A stretch of DNA of 63,041 nucleotides, filler included, from Craspedostauros australis (Eukaryota), in assembly GCA_030167865.1 (NCBI GenBank). It is 22 parts of 22 records of this genome, joined end to end, with 100 filler letters (N's around TTAATTAATTAA, not from the genome) between each part and the next. Parts side by side here need not be neighbours in the genome. Positions count along the whole stretch, not along the records: positions 45,533 to 57,225 come from JALAGF010000671.1; positions 57,326 to 63,041 come from JALAGF010000672.1; 20 more parts are not named here. The stretch is one strand, 5' to 3'. The position numbers and the translations under genes were made by a program. Position 1 is the stretch's first letter, and the number at the start of each line of letters is the position of its first letter. The notes below the pieces were generated by a model that saw nothing but the letters and a program-made list of their open reading frames with translations, was not told where the DNA came from and did no database searches. Positions 55,687-63,041 of this stretch are shown piece by piece.

Positions 55687-57225
55687 CAATTAATGAATAC
55701 CGCAAGGATTGGATCACCTCTCTGGCATCTGTGCCGTCGGCGCTTTTCTCCTCCTCCTTTCAATTTCCCACCATGTGGAAAGGGAGCCCAGACTCCATAG
55801 TACGTAGTTGATATGCATATTGATTCTGGGCCTGCGGCCCTCCTTAATCCGTCAAACGCTCCCCTTGTCACTTGGGACCTGCTGCTTTTACCATATCCAT
55901 CGGCTCGGTGTGCCATAGGCGGCTGGCTCCGCGAGCGTTCGCGCTGCTTGCTCCAACCAGGCCGCAATTTGTTGCACTGGAGCCGTACTTCCTGGAGCTG
56001 TTCTGACAATCCTCTCGCTGTTGGTATGGGTGTCTTTGAGGTGAAGCCGGACTGAAGCTGCTTGCTGTCTTGGAGCCTGCTCCATTTTGGCTTCAGCCGA
56101 TTCCTCTTGTTGAAACAGCGCTTCATTCCGAAGCTGCCACTGCTCCCATGCGATTTCCCAAATGCGTTGAAATAAGCGTGTGGACCACTTGTTGGCCGTT
56201 NGTTTGGTATCATGNTGACTCAGGAATGTTTCTTGCAAGANGCTCCATTCTTTGGATAGCAATCCCTTCCGCAGGGCCATGGACCCCACAGATGCCTAAC
56301 TGCTCACTGCGGATCTCATTCCTGGCCCCATGTCTGTTGGTCGCAGAAAGACTGTGCCACTGACCTGACTGCACAGAGCTGAAACTATCGCTTGCGAGAC
56401 GCCTGGGCTGGTTGTATATCGATTCATCCAGTTGCGGGTGTCAGTCGCAGGCCTTGCCGCCGCTCTCACCCTGGCAGGGTCCTTGCACTCCCAAAAGTGC
56501 GCGCTGCTCTCCTGTTCTCCACAACTGGGACATATATCGGAGCTGCGCAGGCCCCACCGTTGCATGCATTTTCCTGTCACCGCCTCTCCTGCAATGAGTT
56601 TGAATGATGTAATCCTTTTGGAATGATTGGGGCCTCGTAACTCCCCTGCAATGGCTTCCCACTGTATCTGGTCGCCGCTGCTGAACACCTTTCGTGCCTC
56701 AAGAATACCAATTGCCTATTGAGTGGCTTGCTCCCCCGATATGTTGTCCTATCCTATGGACATCAGCTTGGATTGGCGGTGGAATGACGCTCGCTCCCCT
56801 CAGATATGGCAGCCGTAAATACACTCCTCTGACAGGGAAGCGCACACTGCCCCTGCGAGTCGATCTGCTTCCACGTTGAGGTGGGCCCAGTCGTCTAGCT
56901 CTGCCCACGCCCTGCTGCTGTCTTGGTGCCCTTTTATGTGCCGCCCTTGCACCTCGATCGGGAGCTTATGACTTTGATTATGGACTGCTCTCTGCAGGTC
57001 TGAATCTGCGGACCCTGGGGATAAATTCCAAGCTCGGCCTAGATCCTTGAGAGCACCCATGGTATTGCACTCTGGCACAGCTTTGCTTTGGGTGACTTGG
57101 CATGCCTCGCATATCACCTCTGGCATGACGAGGACCCCGTAAATGCCTGCCAGCTCCACTCGGTGCGATTTCATGACCTTGTTGGTGGCCAGTGTGCAGT
57201 GGGTTATCCACAGCCTGGCTGCTTT
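55687..57225 (-). mobile_element. Decayed 3' portion of a sister non-LTR element (RNase H, zinc motif, 3' UTR), inverted relative to the intact copy
   Basis: KSHRVELAGIYGVLV, HIKGHQD, CPSCGEQESSAHFWECKDP and IWEIAWEQWQLRN, with frameshifts. The 3' UTR is homologous to 53909-54005. Confidence 0.93.
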
Positions 57226-59879
57226 NNNNNNNNNNNNNNNNNNNNNNNNNNNNNNNNNNNNNNNNNNNNTTAATTAATTAANNNNNNNNNNNNNNNNNNN
57301 NNNNNNNNNNNNNNNNNNNNNNNNNTATTGTAACTTTGCGCTCGAGACAGTATTGCCTATTGTATTTACTCTATGGAGCGGTCGGAGACGCATGAGAGGA
57401 AGCTTGTGAGTACTGTCTGGCTGTTCTGTGCAGCATTGGCTGCCAAAGATACCTGCTTGATGGGATAAGGGTCAAACTTGACAGTGTGGCAGTGGCGGCA
57501 CGTCAATCATGCACGCGCGCGTCGGAAAATCTCGGGTTGAGGCCGACTCTGTTCGTACGCACTCGTCTGCCTGGGCGCCTTTGGCATGATTGCGATTTTG
57601 CCCATGCAGGGGATGAGGTAGCAAGGCAGCACTGGGTAGGGCTCAGAGAGTGATCGTACTTTCCAAGTGTGTCTCGATCTGCAGTGGATATTTGAGTGAA
57701 CACCGATTCAGGGTACGATCGGCGTGGCTCGAGCTCCTCTGTGTGCTCGTGGGTCCAAGGAGGTGCGTGTCAGGCGATCATTTCTGTGGGAGCGCTTTCG
57801 CTTCTGTACGACCTCAGAGTGGGAAATGAAGCAGTGATGGACGTCCATTAGGGCTGGCTGCCTGCAGAGTCTTCGGTGCCTTTCCAGGGTGAGGTCCTGG
57901 CGAAGCTGTCCATCAATGGATGGTATTCGTATTTACTAGTACGCATATGCACCGCATCTCGCCACTGCAGGGGATCGATTGGTCACATGCTTGGGGGCTG
58001 ACGCTGATGCTGAGCGCTATTGCGTGCTTGGTGGCAGCTAACGCACGCATAGTATAATACGTATCGCTTGGTAACATACGTCCTGCACATCGCAGAAAAT
58101 GCCTAACGATAACAATAGTTGTGTCTTCTCTCCAACGAGCAACAGTTCGTACTCGTATCTCTCTTGGCTCGATCACTGCGACCACGCTATGCGAATGCTA
58201 TGGAAGAACGAACACCCCTCCATGGGCGCATGGCGCAACGCCTCCTCAAAGAGGAGGCGTACTGTTATTCATGCGAACAGCAGCACTGCTCTTGCTCGCG
58301 CCATTCATGCCATACCTACCCACGCCCACACCAATCCCGATACTCTCTGCATTCATCTCTGCCATACTCAACTTATGCTCCACTGGAGTACGTACAGAAC
58401 GTGCCAACCATCATCCACAAACGACGTTCAAAGCCACTGCTCAAAGATCATTCACTGTCTTTCGCACCCACCACTCCACAGAACACTGCCATCGCTTCCA
58501 TCATCCCGATCATCATCACGAGCATCATCACTTGCGGGAACCAACACCGCGACGACAAGGGGCGAGGCCAGCAGCAAGAACCGGAACCGCATGCTGATGA
58601 AGAAGTCAACGATGGCGATGCGAAGATTTGCCTGCGCAATCGCCGTGATCGTGGTGATGTTGCTTGCGGATGAGAAGCCACATGCTCTGCATTGACACAG
58701 TTCGTGGCCATTCGTGCAAGCAGTGGACATTGAGGTATCCACCACAAAGCAAGCACCCACAAGAATATCATCCGCAAATGACTACATGTGCTCCATCTAC
58801 AGCTTCATGCCATTCATCATGATCAACACCAACAACAACACAAAGGTGGTGGCAAGGCCATTCTTCAATGTGCAAGGTGAAGACAACCCAGGCTACAACC
58901 AGCTGGTGTCGTTGGTGATTGCCACTCGCGCCTTCAACAAGAGGGACTCCAACCTGGTGCCAGAGCTCATCTTGTACCACAACTGTCCAGTCAAGTTTGA
59001 CACGACCAACAGCTGTGCAATTGACACCGGAACTGTGGGGCATGCCGCGGCGCAAGCACTATTTCCTAGCGGTCAAGACCTTCCATGTGCTTTGGCCGGA
59101 TTCTACAGTGAAGGGCCTGCGTTGGAGCTGCAGTTGGTGATGTTGGCAAGCTCTGCTCATGGATATTCCTTGCACTGTAGATAATGGTGGAGGTGGTTTC
59201 GATTCTGTTTGCTATTTCATTTTTTTGTTCCAATGGTTTTGGGGGTCTCCTGTTGGCCTGATGTCTCCTGACTATGAGTTGGTACACAAGATGCTCTCTC
59301 ACTGTTTCTCTCTCTCTCTCTCTCTCTCTTGTCCATGTAAATGTTATGCAATACTCCATATGCAATACATTTTTTATTGTCTTGTCTTCCACTGTCCCAC
59401 TCCTCTGCATGCAGTCTCCAATGTCTCCTCCAAACTTCTGTTTGCATATCCACAATCTCAAAACACTATGGTCATAGGATCTTCAGCTTCTTGTTCTGAC
59501 ATGGAGACAGATGTTGACATGGTGACACAATGACATCCTGTCAATGTCAGCTGTTGCTGCCTCCCATGTTCACTCAGATGCCACATTCCATTGATGATGC
59601 AATGGTCTGGCAAAGGTGTTGTCATTTGAGGTTAGTTGCAAAATACATCGATTCTTGCTCGATGCTATACATTTCCGCTGGATGATGGACAGACCGAGTT
59701 CCTGATGTTCTCAGATAACATTGTTCGCACATTTCCTTCCAAAATTGTGAATGAGTTGGTGTGCATAAATTTGTAATGTGATCTAGCTCAGTCACAGATC
59801 ACTCATGGCATGAACTTGTGTGCTGATTGCGCATAGAGTATAAGAGAACAATGGGTGAGCGATGCAAATACACATATGC

Positions 59880-62600
59880 ACATTCCAACACAGCCTGTCT
59901 GTGTTAACCAGTATGCTCAAGAGTGTTGCCAAAGCCATGCTCACATACCTTGGCCGCAATTGCCTCTGCATACTCTACCACCTTGTCCACCCCACCGCAT
60001 GGGACCTGGCCAAGCTACCCTACTTCAGCTACACAGCAATCGTCCCTGCAGCGCAACGTGGCCTCTGTTGGTGGCGAGCAGCACTCCTCAACAACACAGC
60101 ATGGAGCAGACAATCCACATGCACAGGCGTTCTGGTCAGAAGCTTTGGAGACAGCAGCAGAACAGGGGCCAGCGGTACCATCCTCTTCCCATAGCAAGCC
60201 TCTCGCATGTGGAGGGGTTATGGTCATCTCTTGTCGCCACTCGCCATTCATCTAACTGGAAAGAGCTTCAAACTCTACTCAGTACTCTTGAGCAAGTTGC
60301 CCAGTCACCGGATGCTGCCATGGAAGCTGCTGGAGCAACCTTCTTCTACTTTACCACCAACATGTGCACCTACTGCATGGTGGACTGCGGGATTTTACCT
60401 CTACAGAACTCCACAAGCTGGTGCGACGGATTAAGCAGCTCGAGGTACAGTTGTCTTGCCACCTACAGGTCGTCCACATTCCAGGAACTGCCATCATTAC
60501 GGAAGGAACCGACGGCCTCTGTCGCGTCATCTGGGTCAATGAGGCGCATCAACGGCCGACCTCAGAACGGATCCTCACTGCCTGCCTTGTGCCAACGCCA
60601 TTGCGTCCGCAACATGTTCTCCGTATCGCACAGCTGGCCTCCTCACAGCACACTGCCGATTTCCAGCTACGAGCATGGAACAAGCCATGGGACTCAGAGA
60701 GTTGTGTGGACTGCATCACGCTCTGGGCTCCCCCACCCAAATTGGCATACCCTCTCATCTACTTCCTACTGGGTTGCTGGGCAGAATGGCCACTCCATAC
60801 AGGATTCATCACCCTCGTCCCTCGCGTACTCCAGCGCGCCTTCACCCATCTACCCTGTCATCTCATTCGGGTTGGCGTGTTCACCAACCAAGATCTTCAC
60901 ATTCTGTCTTCCTTCCCTCTCAACATTCCCAACTTCCTCCTTTGTGTATCTCCTCACACTCGCTCTTTAACTCCTCCCAGACTGGACACAGCTCCCCGTT
61001 CCTGGGGTCGACACCACCGGCAACAGATCTCCAAACAACTGCCTGGGCTGCGCTTGGCCCATCAACCGCTGTACAGCCGCCCATCAATGCTACTTCGCCA
61101 GCGCCAGGTTCGCTCACGACAGCCTATACTACCGACCCTGTCACACACGCTATCAGAAATTGTGTTGCCGTGCAGGCCTGCCGTTCTACACACGACTGCG
61201 AAATGGTAATAGTCGTGCTCTACCGCCTAGTATTGGGATTCTTGCGAATTTTGTGCGCGAAGCATGCACAGTTCACGTACACACCAAACGTGAACTGGCT
61301 CCCAGTCCCACAGCCATCTAACTCCTCTGGCTAGAGCAAATGCACATCATCGACTTGGCGCACAATTGGGCAGCGGGCACCCTGGCTACATATGGCAGCA
61401 AGATCCGTGTGCTGCGCCAATTCGGAGCCGACTACGAGGCCCCACGCTACAGCCACCAGTACTCACCAGCCCTCCCTACTCGGATGCTATATCACTCATG
61501 TGGGCACAGGAGCATTATGCAATCCAGCCCCCACTCGAAGCAACAGTCAGGACAGCAGCACCATCAAAATCAGCAACGGACGGGGACTTCGGAGCGTCTC
61601 CTCCGCCTTTTGGACCTGGAACATGTGCTTCACCCGATCCGACGCAGCCATGATGGACGCCAAGCAACGACCCATCGTCGTCAATGCATGCAGTCCCACT
61701 GACCATCTCAGCTACGCCATGCTCACTCAAGGCATGCGGTCACGCATGGGGGAGGACTATCGCATGCAAGCAGCTTTGCTCGTTCGCCCGCCATGTGCAC
61801 TTCATGGACTGCAGCTTCCATCAACAGTACCAGCACTCCGTGACGGTACAGCAACGACGTACCGCAGCCATGGCCGCCATCATCAACCTGGTGGGTTAGC
61901 TCGGATGGTTCAGGGTGTCCAAAGCGTTCAGAATCAATTGGTTGGGTGTCACCCTGATCCACCTACAAAAATGCCAGCAACAACGACCTCTCCGGCAATA
62001 CCGGTGCGGTGCTGCTACGCCTCGCTCTCCAAACCAAGTCAGATCACAGCCGCCGAGCCGATGTCGCCGTTGCCTTTCGCACAGCCTCGGGTCTGAGTCT
62101 TGGCGACTGGTTGCAGTGGGCACATCGGCTTCAAGATGCACGCAACACAACGGACTTCGTCACCCAATATCTTTCCGGGCAGCCCTGGACATTGCAATTC
62201 TACCGTACTACATTCGTGCACTCTTCCCTACTCGAACAGTGGGACCGTGGGGATCCCTTCTTGTGGTCTGCCATCAGGGCCCAACAGGCACCTAGTCTGA
62301 CAAGGTTGAACTCTTCCCACATGTGCTAGCGTGGGGTGAGGACACACGTGTCCCGACAGCGCACGGGTTGTGTGAGGGCAGCCACCAAACTGGAGGCCTC
62401 TGAACACGGCCGATGGCGACACCAACGCGCCAACGCGCCAACCACGACATGCCAACTGCTTCCTTGCGATGGCCTCTTGCCGATCGGCTCGCTATCACTG
62501 CACTGTGCATGTGACCCACTCGCCCGCTCTCATCTTCTTCTTGTTTCTCCTATTCTTTCTCTTGGAGGGGGGAGGCTCTCTTTTGTCGGCCGACTGCAAC
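59880..62600 (+). mobile_element. Decayed DIRS/Ngaro-type tyrosine-recombinase retrotransposon (RNase H region and recombinase)
   Basis: RNase H: SFGDSSRTGASGT, SSNWKELQTL, FFYFTTNMCTY and VHIPGTAIITEGTDGLCR. Recombinase: WAAGTLATYGSKI, LRLALQTKSD and RGVRTHVS...EHGRWR. Many frameshifts. Confidence 0.8.
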
Positions 62601-62638
62601 ATCAAAAGGCATCGAGAGGTGCCAACGACCACCTCAGT

Positions 62639-62883
62639 TGAGATTCAATGAGGGACAGACTAGTACCGAACACGGTATCAACCCGATGGGAGAAATTCCT
62701 GTTTTGGCGCGAAATCTTCCGACTTGATTGACCACCAAACCTTTTTCTCCTCCTTTCTCTCCTCCATTCACGAATCCATCATGACTCAAACCTGACCGAC
62801 CTGACTCACACCCCACCTGGGAACTATATGCTCTTCAGATCCTCCTTACTAAAACTTATCTCGATTCCTTCATTGCTGATGAC
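62639..62883 (+). mobile_element. Probable LTR related to the copia LTR at 22235-22410
   Basis: Shared ordered blocks: AGT-TGAGATTCA versus AGT-TGAAGTTCA, TTTTGGCGCGAAA, a pyrimidine tract, and CATTCACGAATC..TGACTCAAAC versus CATTCATGAATC..TGACTCAAAC. Confidence 0.5.
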
Positions 62884-63041
62884 NNNNNNNNNNNNNNNNN
62901 NNNNNNNNCATGCGTATCCAACTTGCTTCAACTCAAGCAATGGAATCCGAGTGTCAGCTTCAGCCACAGCCACTGCTTCATGACCGTCACCACTGATTGT
63001 CATGACCTACACTGCAGTGTAACTACATGTGCGGAGAGCAA

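Noticed and set aside
57325..59800. Short ORFs as genes or as the DIRS gag
   Set aside because: No recognisable motifs; possibly decayed element sequence but unassignable.

Overview
Eukaryotic genomic DNA (~50% GC) with short GT-AG introns. It is most likely a pennate diatom, judging by its CoDi-type copia elements, Ambal-like LINEs and cyclase-PDE fusion gene; the taxon is an inference. The window is not one locus: 22 small contigs are joined by 21 artificial 100-bp N44-TTAATTAATTAA-N44 linkers, so adjacency across linkers means nothing. Host gene fragments include an adenylate/guanylate cyclase-PDE fusion, a Patched/Dispatched-like protein (x2 haplotigs), a trypsin (x2 haplotigs), an AT-hook/HMG-box protein, an alpha/beta hydrolase, a glycosyltransferase-like gene with one internal TAG and a secreted Cys-rich protein. 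Mobile DNA includes several copia/CoDi fragments, a decayed DIRS-type tyrosine-recombinase retroelement, a piggyBac-like transposase, and an intact 8.4-kb APE-RT-RNase H non-LTR element with a perfect 17-bp TSD plus a decayed sister copy. Two signals stand out. (1) Three members of a P-loop NTPase + PD-(D/E)XK-like nuclease family (Crinkler/RHS-like architecture). Two share a 5' half that appears identical by eye and then diverge, mostly at amino-acid-changing sites, from the Walker A codon onward; one carries a ~260-aa Ala-rich repeat insert. (2) Non-coding modules made of 3-4 clustered 16-28-bp palindromes. Two homologous copies have replaced the palindrome sequence at every site and inverted the segment between the sites.
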